Shown: in pieces, positions 43,391-54,111 of the stretch
Numbering within the stretch: the first letter of the stretch is position 1
Layout: every line of letters starts with the position of its first letter
Notes under the pieces: generated by a model
What the model was told of the DNA's origin: nothing
The model's database searches: none
The model's input: only the letters and a program-made list of their open reading frames with translations
Position numbers and translations under genes: made by a program
Assembly (NCBI GenBank): GCA_951813565.1
Contig: OX638351.1
Coordinates: 576,001 to 640,000, forward strand
Reading direction: 5' to 3'
DNA: 64,000 nt
Origin: an uncultured Poribacteria bacterium
GTDB taxonomy: Bacteria > Poribacteria > WGA-4E > WGA-3G

Positions 43391-43457
43391 AACCCTTACA
43401 ACGTCTATTGCCGGAAAAGGCACATTTTGCAACAAACTAACAAAAAGAGGTATTACG

Positions 43458-44210
43458 ATGGCATCTTCAAAGCAATATCAAATTCCCTATGCTCGGACAG
43501 ATGAATCGGATATATATCCTGAATTGGATGGAGAACCTCTCGCTGAAACAGAACGGCATCTCCGCGAAATTTTTCGGATGCTGGATATTCTTGGGACCCA
43601 TTTTGCGGAAATTCCAGATGTTTATGTCTGGAGTAATATGATGATGTATTACGAAAAAGGCAATCCTCGCGCATTCGTCAAACCGGATATTTTCGTATCC
43701 TTTGGTATTGGCAAACAGGAGCGCCGCATCTATAAAGTGTGGGAAGAGGGTAAACCTCCCGATTTCATCATGGAGTTTGCCAGCAGGAGCACTTACAATA
43801 ACGACTTAGGGGGCAAGAAGGAAATTTATGCTGCCATGGGGGTTACGGAATATTTTCTTTACGATCCATTTCGGTGTTGTTTGCCCGCTCCGTTGATGGG
43901 ATTTCGACTTTTTGACGGTGATTATGTTGAAATTCTACCGCTCGCTAATGGAGGTGTGCCATCAGAAACCCTAAATCTTGAATTTCTTTTGCAAGACGAT
44001 GGTATCGGTGTTTATACAACAATGGCGGGAGGACAGTTAAAAACGCGTGCTGAGCAAGAAGCAGATGCACGACATCAAGAAGTCATCGCACGGCAAAATG
44101 CTGAGGCACGCGCACAACGGGAAGCTGAGGCACGCCGTGATGCTGAGGCTGAATTGGCAGAACTCCGAGAAAAACTCAAACGCTTGGAAGCAAAATCCAC
44201 TAATTCGTAG
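43458..44210 (+). CDS. Uma2 family (PD-(D/E)xK) endonuclease
   Basis: YPE.DGEP.AE, PD.FV, PDF.MEFAS, K..IY..MGV.EYFLYDP; coiled-coil tail. Confidence 0.9.
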   Translation: MASSKQYQIPYARTDESDIYPELDGEPLAETERHLREIFRMLDILGTHFAEIPDVYVWSNMMMYYEKGNPRAFVKPDIFVSFGIGKQERRIYKVWEEGKPPDFIMEFASRSTYNNDLGGKKEIYAAMGVTEYFLYDPFRCCLPAPLMGFRLFDGDYVEILPLANGGVPSETLNLEFLLQDDGIGVYTTMAGGQLKTRAEQEADARHQEVIARQNAEARAQREAEARRDAEAELAELREKLKRLEAKSTNS

Positions 44211-44252
44211 AACTACGATTCACAATCTACAAACTATCGGTACAGAATTACA

Positions 44253-45098
44253 ATGGATACAACATGGCTTGAATATTGTGCCACCGACGAACAACTCAAG
44301 GCGTTTAACGACACCGGTTACCTCATTGTTGAGGATGCTTTAAGTTCTGAGATGGTAGATGCGTTAGAGGTGGTAGCAGACCGAATTGATGCCGAAGAGC
44401 GTTTCAAAACGGGACTGGCACCGCACAAATTGTTGTCAAAGTTCCGCACGGTCATTGAAGACGACATCCTTCTGGAATTGCTTGACAACAAGAAGATTTT
44501 CCCACTGCTCTGGGACATCTTAGGTTGGAACATCCAACTTTATATCTCACACCTCATCATGTATCCACCAGAACCTCCTGATACACCGCGTGTTACCAAA
44601 GCCGCACATTGGCATCAGGACGGTGGCAGACCTGTTCCAGAGATGGAACGTCCGCATCCACGATTGTCGCTTAAGGTGAGTTATTGGTTAACTGACGTTA
44701 CACACCGGGATAACGGTGCGATGCGCCTTATACCGGGCAGTCACAAACTTGATACTTTGCCCCCACGAAACGATCCTGATAGCGACCCCGAAGGTGTGAT
44801 GGACCTGCTTGTTAAAAGCGGTACTGCTGTGCTTTTCGATCGGAGGATGTGGCATTCACGCGGCTGGAATTTTTCCGATGTAACGCGTAAGGTGTTTTTT
44901 ATGGGATATAGTTATCGTTGGCTGCGCGGTTTGGATTACAACCTCATGCCTCCCGAAATTCTCGAAAAATGCGATCCAATTCGGCGGCAGTTGTTAGGAG
45001 ATGGCGTGAATATCAAAGGGTGGTGGCAACCTACAGATGCTGACGTTCCCTTGAAGACATGGATTGCAAAGCATCGTGGGGAGGAATATGTGCGGTAG
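44253..45098 (+). CDS. Phytanoyl-CoA dioxygenase (PhyH) family 2OG-Fe(II) enzyme
   Basis: WHQD, NGAM..IPGSH, G.A.LFD.R.WH. Confidence 0.9.
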   Translation: MDTTWLEYCATDEQLKAFNDTGYLIVEDALSSEMVDALEVVADRIDAEERFKTGLAPHKLLSKFRTVIEDDILLELLDNKKIFPLLWDILGWNIQLYISHLIMYPPEPPDTPRVTKAAHWHQDGGRPVPEMERPHPRLSLKVSYWLTDVTHRDNGAMRLIPGSHKLDTLPPRNDPDSDPEGVMDLLVKSGTAVLFDRRMWHSRGWNFSDVTRKVFFMGYSYRWLRGLDYNLMPPEILEKCDPIRRQLLGDGVNIKGWWQPTDADVPLKTWIAKHRGEEYVR

Positions 45099-45176
45099 AG
45101 ATTCTCGTCAGAATCTCACAATTTTTTGAAGTCTAAGACACATTATAAATAACGGAAACTTATGTCCCGCTAATAT

Positions 45177-45907
45177 TTAAGTATTATCCTCAGATTTTTC
45201 TGATGTCTTATGTTTGGATGGGTCAAAATAGGATACATATTTTATTCCATTCCGTTTGCCCTCTTCTTCTTTTGCCTTCAGATACGCATAGAATTCGTCC
45301 AAGGTCTTGAATTGCGCGCTAATTTCTGCTTTGATTCGATAACATTCCTCAAGGATGGGATCCGTGTAAGTTTCTGGGTCAAATTCTGGTTGTTTTTCTG
45401 GAGTTTCTTTCATCTGAATTTCCTCCATCAGTTCTATAGGTGTACAGATTGTAATGGGCTGAAAACCGGCTTCTTGACATACAGGATTGATCTGCTCACG
45501 TTTGTGCTCATTCACAATATGTTTATAGTTCCACGATACCAAGTAATCAACACTGTGTATTGTTGCAACAGCAATATGTTCTGCATAGGCACAGAATTTC
45601 GTGGCACTGCACCAGCATCTAAAAGTTTTTGTACAAGTACATTTGTCTCTGGTCTGCTTTTTAGTACAGTAAGAGATGAAATCGCTTTGATCCGCTGCTG
45701 TGCTGCGGTTGCGTCACCCCGTTGAATTTCGGTACGAACTAATTCTGAAATAACAAACTCAAATCTATCCGCATAGTTTTGCCACAATCGTTGAGTCGCT
45801 CTTTGCCGAGATGCTGATATTGGATTATTGCTGGGTCTCGCTACCAAGTAACTAACAACTGTTGCTTCAACGTAGACTCTCGGTTTTATTGTCGTATATT
45901 TTAGCAT
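45177..45907 (-). pseudogene. Frameshifted PIN-domain toxin fused to a small antitoxin-like domain
   Basis: VYVE.TVVSYL N-terminus; adding one base near 45586 restores (D)AEHIAVATVHSVDYLVSWNYKHI and runs into DPILEECYRIKAEI. Confidence 0.7.
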
Positions 45908-46003
45908 AAAAAATTGTGTTTTTCAAATCAAATTGCCCAATTTGCAACATTCGACAAAAACAATCATTGTCTAATGGTAATTTTGGGAAAGAGTTCTACC
46001 CAT

Positions 46004-47239
46004 TCATTCTCTGATTTGACCTGTGATATCCCATAGATCCACTTCGCCGCACTCATCACCGCTTGCGAGCATGATGTTATCGGGAGCAAATGCTAAAGCA
46101 GTGATTTCACACGGAGAATCTGTATCTATCATAGACATCAACCGTTGGGTAGTCAAGTCCCAAACAAGAATCTTGCGACTATCTGCCCATCTTTTGCTGC
46201 CATCACTTGCAAGGTATTTCCCATCAGGAGAAAATGCAAGTGTATCGACTTTCCATCTTGGCGTTCTGAGGGTAATCTTCGGCATTCCTGTTTCTACATC
46301 CCACAAATGGATTTTTCCAGCAGTTATATTAAACGGTTGAAACTCACTCCGACTACTACTGGTGAGTATTCTACCGTCTGGAGAAAATGCTAATGCCTGA
46401 ATCGGATACGAATGTGATGAAAGATAAATTGGCAGGAGATTGGGACCTGGTGTCAATGCAATTATACCTTTATCATTGAAAACTTCTGAATTCAAAATAG
46501 AATTCAAGTTCTCTGGTGTGTTATCAACGTTCTGGTCTTTGACAACCCAATTCCATCTGGTGATAATACGTTCTCTGCTATAATCGTAATACCCGTGTCC
46601 GTAGAGATGAGCCAAACGGGCGAACGCAAATGTCCCAAGTATGCGTTGATGTGTAAGACCTATAATGGTGTCCCACGTTGTTATTAATCCATCACTATTC
46701 GCGCCAACCAGAGTTGCACCGTCGGGAGAAAAATCTAACGTTGCTATCCAAGATGTATGCCCCGAAAGAGATGCTTTTACTTGTCCTGTAGTGGTATCGT
46801 GCAATATAACTGGGTGTTGATTAGACTTTTTGCTAATCGCGAAAGTTTTGCCATCCGGTGAGAATGTCAGATCAGTAACTATTCCTGCATGCTCATTCAT
46901 CGTGTACAGGGGATCACCAGTTTTTACGTCCCACAATATAATCTCACTATACGCAGTACAAGCAAGCGTTTTGCCATCTGGTGTAAACGCTAACGTGGTA
47001 ACAGGCTTGCTGGGTGTAGAAAAAGTAGAAATATGTGCATACTCTTGTGCATGTTCGGGAAGTAGATACGGGGTAGACTCCAACAGGAGGGGCAGAAAAA
47101 TCTTGAACAGGACATATAGAATAAGCACATCACAAGCAGCAAAAGCAGATACAAGAAAAATTAGAAACCAGTGCCTCTTTTTTCTTTTCCTTCGTGTGTA
47201 CTCTAATGGATATTTGCTGATTCGTCGTGTTAAGTACAT
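46004..47239 (-). CDS. Membrane-anchored WD40 repeat protein
   Basis: Repeated LAFSPDG..LAS..LWD; N-terminal basic patch plus TM segment. Confidence 0.88.
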   Translation of the reverse strand: MYLTRRISKYPLEYTRRKRKKRHWFLIFLVSAFAACDVLILYVLFKIFLPLLLESTPYLLPEHAQEYAHISTFSTPSKPVTTLAFTPDGKTLACTAYSEIILWDVKTGDPLYTMNEHAGIVTDLTFSPDGKTFAISKKSNQHPVILHDTTTGQVKASLSGHTSWIATLDFSPDGATLVGANSDGLITTWDTIIGLTHQRILGTFAFARLAHLYGHGYYDYSRERIITRWNWVVKDQNVDNTPENLNSILNSEVFNDKGIIALTPGPNLLPIYLSSHSYPIQALAFSPDGRILTSSSRSEFQPFNITAGKIHLWDVETGMPKITLRTPRWKVDTLAFSPDGKYLASDGSKRWADSRKILVWDLTTQRLMSMIDTDSPCEITALAFAPDNIMLASGDECGEVDLWDITGQIRE

Positions 47240-47395
47240 CGGTCAACCTCCGTAAGTATAGGCAGATAATACCAATCTGCCCAACAAAGACAATCCATTA
47301 CCAAATTAACTTGATTAAAGATTTCTTGATAGGATGGGAAAGTGAACCGTGATGCCAAATCAACACTAAAATCTATAGATTGCTTTTAATTCGGG

Positions 47396-48460
47396 TCACA
47401 GTGTGTCCTCCCCATCTGTCAACCACGCTAAATCAAACTTTGCAAACGACAATGTTTCATAAGCACTTTTGTCACCGCGCTCATAGAGACAACATATATT
47501 CATGTCTGAATCGATACAGAGATCGGAGTAAGCAGCGGGGCCTTCGTGTAGGACTTTGCCATCGTTCCAACTGCGACACTCATCGTAACTGATACGCACC
47601 GTCAACTTCTCGCGCCCTGTGCTTGCTGGATTAGAGAACAATACCCGGTTTTTGTCGTGAGAATTGGCATCTGTATAACGGACCAAGCTGGCTTGGCAAA
47701 TAGGTTCAATCAAATCATCGTCGTAACCGAATTCGGTGAACGTGTCGCCACCGTCAGAACTCCAAGCGTAAGCACGCCGTTTCGGTGCTACATAGTTTCG
47801 GCAGTTGAAATATAGATCGCCGTTTACAGTCTCTACGATAACGGATTCATTTGTACCGGGTTGTGCTTCACCCGCGATATGCCACGTTTCACCGTGGTCA
47901 TCACTAACAATTAAATGTGAATAACCCATCTCAGCATAATTCCGGCTTTGCCCAAGCACATGATCACACGGAATAACTAATCTGCCACTTGCCAATTGAA
48001 TGCCGTGACAGGGGCCTGTTGCATACCACGTCCACGTGTCTAATTTTGTATCAGCAGTGATCTCTTTGGGTTCTACCCAAGTTTCGCCATCGTCGGTGCT
48101 TGAGGTTACCCAAACAGTACGCGGCGCCTCTCCTGCGATAATTCTGCCTTCACCGCCATCAGCGAAATTTTTGCAGAAAAGTAGCCAGATGGTGCCTGTA
48201 TCACGGTCAACTACTGGCGCAGGATTACCATCTGTATCTGCCCCGGTAGAGACAACGACTTGCATCGGTTGCCATGTTTCTCCGTTGTCAAAACTCCGTT
48301 TCAGCACAATATCTATGTCACCGGAATCACCACCACTTTTTCGCCTACCTTCGCAGAACGCCAATAGTGTTCCGTTATTTGATGCAGCGAGTGCCGGAAT
48401 ACGAAATGTATTATATCCTTCTTTCCCCGCTATAAAAAGCGGACTTTCTGTTTTATACAT
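47396..48460 (-). CDS. Exo-alpha-sialidase (GH33)
   Basis: FRIP motif; Asp boxes SFDNGETW, STDDGETW, SDDHGETW, SSDGGDTF, SYDECRSW; AYSD and LYE. Confidence 0.9.
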   Translation of the reverse strand: MYKTESPLFIAGKEGYNTFRIPALAASNNGTLLAFCEGRRKSGGDSGDIDIVLKRSFDNGETWQPMQVVVSTGADTDGNPAPVVDRDTGTIWLLFCKNFADGGEGRIIAGEAPRTVWVTSSTDDGETWVEPKEITADTKLDTWTWYATGPCHGIQLASGRLVIPCDHVLGQSRNYAEMGYSHLIVSDDHGETWHIAGEAQPGTNESVIVETVNGDLYFNCRNYVAPKRRAYAWSSDGGDTFTEFGYDDDLIEPICQASLVRYTDANSHDKNRVLFSNPASTGREKLTVRISYDECRSWNDGKVLHEGPAAYSDLCIDSDMNICCLYERGDKSAYETLSFAKFDLAWLTDGEDTL

Positions 48461-48550
48461 TTATAGTCCTCAGTTCAGTTGTATGAAAATAAGCCCCGAG
48501 TAGTTCAACCAACAAAAGTGAATAGGGTGGACTATAGTCCACCCTGTCAG

Positions 48551-49270
48551 TTATCTTACGGTTTTCAGTTGTCCCCAAGTTATCGTCAATTTCCCAAGGG
48601 GTTGAACCGGTGCGGGATCATCAAGTACTAATTCACCCGCCTCCTTCTGATGGTCAGATATCCGAAGCCCATCAACAACACAATTCGTTGGAAAATTAGG
48701 AGAGGGTGGAGAAGCATTGTTAATTTCAAAGGTTTCTGCGAAAACAACAGGGCCTTTAGTAGAAGCATCTTCCGCTTCCAGTTTGCCATCCAGATAGAGT
48801 TTCAAACCACCCGGTCCCCACGTTCCTGCCATGTGGTGATGTTCTCCTTTTTTCCAGTTAAGTGCGCCACTGTCCGCGTTGAACCAACTCCCCGCGCTTT
48901 TGATACGCATGCGAGCTTTTCCACCATTGTCAAATTGCAGGAAAACCGCATCAGTTCCACGCTTATAAGTCATGAACAGAAAAAGTTCACCTGTAACCGT
49001 TGAAGCATCAAACCCCATTGTTACCCATAACTCAACTGTTCCTTCATCAAGGTTAACAAACCTATCTTCTACCGGAAAGTGGATGACATCCCCCTGTTCT
49101 TCACTGACAAAACCGTTGCCAAATTTGCCGGGGACAAAATTGCCTCCATTAACAGTACCTCCCTCTTTTTCAACCTCTTCTTTACTTTCAAGGGCTGAAA
49201 AGAAAGTCTCTTTTGCCATTGCGACAGAAAAACAGAGCAATGTAATTACTATAACACATAATGTTTTCAT
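48551..49270 (-). CDS. Secreted LamG/concanavalin-like protein with C-terminal TW-x-x-LK motif
   Basis: Signal peptide; GKFG, GTVELW, HH.AGTW...LKLYLDG, VDGLRISD; ends PVQPLGKLTITWGQLKTVR. Confidence 0.85.
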   Translation of the reverse strand: MKTLCVIVITLLCFSVAMAKETFFSALESKEEVEKEGGTVNGGNFVPGKFGNGFVSEEQGDVIHFPVEDRFVNLDEGTVELWVTMGFDASTVTGELFLFMTYKRGTDAVFLQFDNGGKARMRIKSAGSWFNADSGALNWKKGEHHHMAGTWGPGGLKLYLDGKLEAEDASTKGPVVFAETFEINNASPPSPNFPTNCVVDGLRISDHQKEAGELVLDDPAPVQPLGKLTITWGQLKTVR

Positions 49271-49409
49271 GGAATTTCTCCTTTGTTTTAAATTAAGATG
49301 TGCATAATCGTTTGGCAGAGCAACACAGACAGTGACGCACTTTTTGCGCCTTCATTTAGAGTCGTGTAACTCATTGCGTCTCTTATGTCAGTTTTCAGTG
49401 TAAACCTAC

Positions 49410-49488
49410 TGTAGGTTGGGTAGAACAACGTGAAACTCAATAACATACTGACAAAGTTAGGTTTCACTTATGCTTTTCCCAACCTACG
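49410..49488. repeat. Inverted REP pair (REPIN-like)
   Basis: GTAGGTTGGGTAGAAC..GTGAAACTCAA ... GGTTTCAC...CCCAACCTAC. Confidence 0.7.
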
Positions 49489-49581
49489 AACCTACTACTT
49501 TTAAGCATATATTATATCAGTTTGCAGAATTTTATGGTAGTTTCTCTGGCAAAATGTGAAAAACAAGAGATTTGAACGCGC

Positions 49582-50379
49582 TTATTTCGGTTTTGCACAT
49601 ATCGCATATACATACGGTGACGTTAACTGCTGATTTGGAACGCGGATTGCCGCCAGAAAATTGCCGACTACAATATCTGTAAGATTGACAAACTTGCATA
49701 ATACTTCGTGTCCCCATTTGCCAATAACTGCGCGCCACGGTGAATAATCAACAACACTTAACTTTAAAGGGCCGCCTGTGTATCCAAATTCTGTAACTTG
49801 AAATCCGACATTGCGCAACAACCCTGCGAGTGTTATAGGTGGAATCTCTCTGTGTGTGGCAAGAAGTTTTGGACTCGCGATGCGAGCTATGGGTGTATAC
49901 ATACCACGTAGGTTTGGGGTTATTGTTAACATTGTTCCTCCCGGTTTAAGAAGGCTATACATCTCTTCCAAAACCGCTTGTGGGGAGGTGAAATGTTCAA
50001 TCAGCCCCATTGAATAGACAAAATCAAAATCGGCTATATGTGTTTTGGCATAAGTAAAAAAATCTTCACATAGAATCGTGCCTTTTACGCCTGCAAGGGC
50101 GAGGTTGCGTTGTGCAAGCTGACATCCCAGTTCCGAAAAGTCAATTCCGTAACACTCACTATCATATTTTTTTGCGAGATATGGCAACCACAAGGAATCA
50201 GCACATCCCAATTCAATTAGCGTTGGCTGTGTGAAACTGGACAGTGACCGATGGAACAACCTTGCGAGGTGGCGGTTCGCCACATAAGCCCATCGTAGGT
50301 GGCGAATTTTATGTTGCTGTCCGTCCCAAAGCGTTGTCCAATAGGATTCGTCAGTTAACGGAGAAGCATTTGAACCCAT
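49582..50379 (-). CDS. Class I SAM-dependent methyltransferase
   Basis: IELGCA, GIDFS, FDFVYS.GLIEHF, LLKPGG. Confidence 0.88.
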   Translation of the reverse strand: MGSNASPLTDESYWTTLWDGQQHKIRHLRWAYVANRHLARLFHRSLSSFTQPTLIELGCADSLWLPYLAKKYDSECYGIDFSELGCQLAQRNLALAGVKGTILCEDFFTYAKTHIADFDFVYSMGLIEHFTSPQAVLEEMYSLLKPGGTMLTITPNLRGMYTPIARIASPKLLATHREIPPITLAGLLRNVGFQVTEFGYTGGPLKLSVVDYSPWRAVIGKWGHEVLCKFVNLTDIVVGNFLAAIRVPNQQLTSPYVYAICAKPK

Positions 50380-50380
50380 T

Positions 50381-51871
50381 TTAACTTTCCTCTAATAAAA
50401 CAGCATTATGCTCTAAAATGGGACATAAATCACAAAGTTGATCGGCACAGAAGTTCTTGTAAAGCCGCATCATGCCCTGCTGAATTTTAGCCGTAGGTTT
50501 TATCAGACGCATCGGTTGCACTTCTGTAAAAACTTGTTTCCCAACCTGACGAATAATACTGTTTTCCTGCAATTTAGTATAATCACTGTAAAGTCTCAGA
50601 ATAGCGTCCTGTAATTTCTTGCTTTCTGATTCAACTGCCCAAATATACGCTACAGGAAGGATTTTGTTGACCATGATGTCTAACGCTCTTGATTCTCCGA
50701 TCAGTTTAGCTTTTTGAGTTCCGCCTTTTCCAAAATTGGAATGTGTTTCCCAATAACCGATAGGTTCCAGCATTAAAAGTTCAAGTAGTTCCTTTCGGAT
50801 AGTACCCAACAGTTTTGGTGTGTCCACGATTGCTGCTCTTTCACATGTAGGCAGGAAGCACATCATCAAACTTCCTCGGCAATGATAAATCAACTGACTC
50901 ATTGCAGCAATACGTCGGGTTGGATAGTTAAAAGGACGGATTTTACCAAACTGCCAATGTGATGCATTCATGTGGTCTGAACGCTTAGCATGTTCCGAAG
51001 TTTTCCATAATGTCTCTAATGCCACAATTAACGGATCATCTGTTTCCTTTTCAGACAGTGGTTTCTCTGATTGTGATGGCAATAGACCAGCAACACCAAA
51101 AAGGATGGCTTGAATTTCATGCTCGGACTTCTGATCAAAATCGGAAAAAGGCACGCGTTGTGCCAGTTCACGCAAGGGTTTGCTGTTTTGCGAGTATCCT
51201 AACGCTTCCATAATGCCTTCATAGAGGATTTGCTCAAAATTGAGACGTGTTCTTAATAGTCGCACAGCATCAGCTTTTTCTAAAAAACGTTCAGTCCCTA
51301 ACGCCTCAAATGTACTTTTGAGGTTATCTATGTTTAAGCGGTTTCCTGTTACTCGACAGAAATTAGATGCATCTGTTTCTGTTTGTGCCGTTTCATCAAA
51401 TAGGTTTCCGATGGGCGCATCAATCCATTTGAGGAGTTCCAATGTCGGAATTCGTTTGCCGTTCTGCAGTCGTGTGCGGAGGTTAAAGTCATCATTAAAG
51501 AAAACCACATGGAGAACAACACGGTTATATCTTGAGTTCAGATGATGTTTATGCGCGTACCATTCCGAAGATTTGACATGAATTTCGACATCACCGACGT
51601 GCAGCTTACCATTAATTTCAATCTCCGCGCGCATAAAATCAGGACCTTCTTCACGGTTCCAGACACCAGGTTTCAGCACACGAATTTCTCTACTGTCAAT
51701 TGACATCAGATTGGCATTGAAAAAACGTTGCCCATTCCATAATTTCTGCACGAAGTCTTCATCAATCTTATCAAAATCCGGTTCGTAAACCTGATCTACT
51801 TCCCTGAATTCCTTAGACAATAATTTATTTTTTGAGTGGTCATATTCATCAATTTGAGAACGTTCGGTCAT
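50381..51871 (-). CDS. DUF2851 family protein
   Basis: PG.WN...GPDF, GDVEIH...W..H.H....Y..V.LHVV, RP.NYP.RR, C...LC..CPI. Confidence 0.85.
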   Translation of the reverse strand: MTERSQIDEYDHSKNKLLSKEFREVDQVYEPDFDKIDEDFVQKLWNGQRFFNANLMSIDSREIRVLKPGVWNREEGPDFMRAEIEINGKLHVGDVEIHVKSSEWYAHKHHLNSRYNRVVLHVVFFNDDFNLRTRLQNGKRIPTLELLKWIDAPIGNLFDETAQTETDASNFCRVTGNRLNIDNLKSTFEALGTERFLEKADAVRLLRTRLNFEQILYEGIMEALGYSQNSKPLRELAQRVPFSDFDQKSEHEIQAILFGVAGLLPSQSEKPLSEKETDDPLIVALETLWKTSEHAKRSDHMNASHWQFGKIRPFNYPTRRIAAMSQLIYHCRGSLMMCFLPTCERAAIVDTPKLLGTIRKELLELLMLEPIGYWETHSNFGKGGTQKAKLIGESRALDIMVNKILPVAYIWAVESESKKLQDAILRLYSDYTKLQENSIIRQVGKQVFTEVQPMRLIKPTAKIQQGMMRLYKNFCADQLCDLCPILEHNAVLLEES

Positions 51872-51892
51872 ATATTTCTACTCTCCAAAGTT

Positions 51893-52534
51893 CTATTTTA
51901 TGCCTGCTTTTGCTTGCTGGATCTCTTGTATAAGACTTTGCGTTGCTGCGAGCGGGTCTCGCTGTGCACACACAGCAGAAATGACAGCGATTCCGTGTGC
52001 GCCTGCTTTTATGACCTCCGCCGCAGTTGGCAACGTAATTCCGCCTATAGCAATTACAGGACATTGCGCGACTTCGGACATTCTACGTAAGCGTTCCAAC
52101 CCCTTAGGTGTTTCTGCGTCCGATTTTGAGGGTGTCTGATAAATGGGGCCAAACCCAATATAGTCTGCGCCTTCTGAAATAGCCTCAAGTATCTTTTCTT
52201 CGGTTCGTGCTGATGCACCTATAATGGTTTCTGTGGAGAGGATACTTCTCCCGATGGCAACAGGCATATCATCTTGCCCAAAATGTGTTCCCGCTGCGCC
52301 AACAGCCAGCGCAATATCTGCTCTATCGTTTACAATTAACGGCACTCCATGTCGCGTGCATATTGCCTGCATTTGCTCTGCAATTGCGATTAATTCACGT
52401 GTCGTTCCGTTCTTGTGTCGGAATTGGACGGTATCTGCACCGCCCTGAATTGCAAGTTCAGCCAGTTGCGGATGTGTAAAACGAGATTGAAGTGTTGTAT
52501 CCGTAATGACATGGAGAACTCCGATGTTTTTCAT
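51893..52534 (-). CDS. thiE: Thiamine-phosphate synthase
   Basis: VQFR.K, LIVNDR.D.A, H.GQDD, DYIGFGPIY.T.SK, AIGGI, AVISA. Confidence 0.92.
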   Translation of the reverse strand: MKNIGVLHVITDTTLQSRFTHPQLAELAIQGGADTVQFRHKNGTTRELIAIAEQMQAICTRHGVPLIVNDRADIALAVGAAGTHFGQDDMPVAIGRSILSTETIIGASARTEEKILEAISEGADYIGFGPIYQTPSKSDAETPKGLERLRRMSEVAQCPVIAIGGITLPTAAEVIKAGAHGIAVISAVCAQRDPLAATQSLIQEIQQAKAGIK

Positions 52535-52568
52535 GTTGGCATTCTATTGAAAATGTGGTAAGTTAATT

Positions 52569-54027
52569 CAATACCTTCGCCAAAAATAATTGAATAAATA
52601 GGGCGTCTGTCCTAAAGTTATAACAGTTAACCATAACTTAGAAAGGACAATCGCCCATGTCAGAAATTATAGCACTGTTTACTGTTCTTAATCCATGTTT
52701 ATCCGCAACGATGACGCGGCAGTTATGCCGAGTTGTATTCGCACTACTTGCGATGAGTGGTCGGGTAACCATGTTAAATATCTCTCGTTGGACAACCCAA
52801 GGCGGTAGCTACCGCACCATACAACGCTTTTTCAACACTGTTATGCCTTGGACGACGATGTGTTGGATGTTTTTTCGCACGCATCTGTTTGATCGTGAAA
52901 GTGACTACATCCTCACAGGAGACGAAGTGGTTGTGCCAAAAGCAGGAAAATCTACTTATGGTTTATCTCGTTTCTTTTCTTCATTGTATGGCAAAGCGGT
53001 CCCCGGTTTGTCGTTTTTAGCCGTGTCCTTAGTGAGTGTCAACCGAAGGCGTTCATACCCGATGGTTATGGAGCAAATCGTGCGTGGCACCTCATCGTCA
53101 AATCAAGGAGTTTGTGCTTCCGAACATCAGGACAACACCGAGACAGCAACACCAAGACATAAATGCGGGCGTCCAAAGGGAAGCCGAAACCGAAACAAAG
53201 ACGATGTCATGCTCAGCGATGTGTTGAAGCAACTTCAAACGATGGTCAAGGCGTTGCTAAAACTGGTTGGCAACTTGATCCCACTCCGTTATCTTGTGCT
53301 TGATGGATACTTCGGACATAATAATGCGCTACAAATGACAAAGCAATGTGGACTACATCTCATTTCAAAACTACGCATAGATGCTGCGTTGTATCTGCCA
53401 CCGACGACACCTTACGCCGGACAAGGGCGCCCACGCATCTACGGAGAGCGTTTCACCCCACGACAGATTGACCCTAAGTATTGTGTTTCTGCCGACACAC
53501 AGGGAAACCTGAGAACCGAAGTGTATCAAATGAACTTACGCCACAAAAAGTTCACAGACTTCCTAAATGTAGTTTGCGTTCTCAAAACGAACTTGACGAC
53601 GAAACAACAAGCACACGTTTTACTGTTCAGTTCTGATTTAGCGTTAGACGCTGAAAAACTGATTGATTATTATTCCCTCCGTTTTCAAATCGAGTTCAAC
53701 TTCCGCGACGCAAAGCAATATTGGGGATTACAAGATTTTATGAATGTCAACAAGATACCAGTAAACAATGCAGCGAACCTCTCAATGTTTATGGTGAATG
53801 TGAGTGCTAAACTCATAGATACGCTCCGTTGTAAAAATACTGCGTCCAGTGTTTTAGACCTAAAAGCACGCTACCGAGGTTTGAAGTATTTACACGAAAC
53901 ATTAAAAATACTTCCGCAAAAACCTGAACCTATTGTTATTCAACAAATCGCACAACATTTGGGAACAATCGGTGCTATTCATCACACACAACCAAAACTG
54001 AACCCCGGATAATTGGCGAAGGTATTG
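52569..54027 (+). mobile_element. IS701/IS4-like DDE insertion sequence
   Basis: 15-bp TIR CAATACCTTCGCCAA; 6-bp TSD TTAATT. Confidence 0.88.
52657..54012 (+). CDS. DDE transposase (IS701/IS4-like)
   Basis: GDEVV..K.GK, LDGYF, GRPR.YG, Y..RFQIEFNFRDAKQ. Confidence 0.88.
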   Translation: MSEIIALFTVLNPCLSATMTRQLCRVVFALLAMSGRVTMLNISRWTTQGGSYRTIQRFFNTVMPWTTMCWMFFRTHLFDRESDYILTGDEVVVPKAGKSTYGLSRFFSSLYGKAVPGLSFLAVSLVSVNRRRSYPMVMEQIVRGTSSSNQGVCASEHQDNTETATPRHKCGRPKGSRNRNKDDVMLSDVLKQLQTMVKALLKLVGNLIPLRYLVLDGYFGHNNALQMTKQCGLHLISKLRIDAALYLPPTTPYAGQGRPRIYGERFTPRQIDPKYCVSADTQGNLRTEVYQMNLRHKKFTDFLNVVCVLKTNLTTKQQAHVLLFSSDLALDAEKLIDYYSLRFQIEFNFRDAKQYWGLQDFMNVNKIPVNNAANLSMFMVNVSAKLIDTLRCKNTASSVLDLKARYRGLKYLHETLKILPQKPEPIVIQQIAQHLGTIGAIHHTQPKLNPG

Positions 54028-54111
54028 TTAATTGGAACGTCAAATCTTAAGCAACTATGTAAGTAAAATTCAATATGTCCATTATTAGTATATCACATAA
54101 GGAGATAGTTT

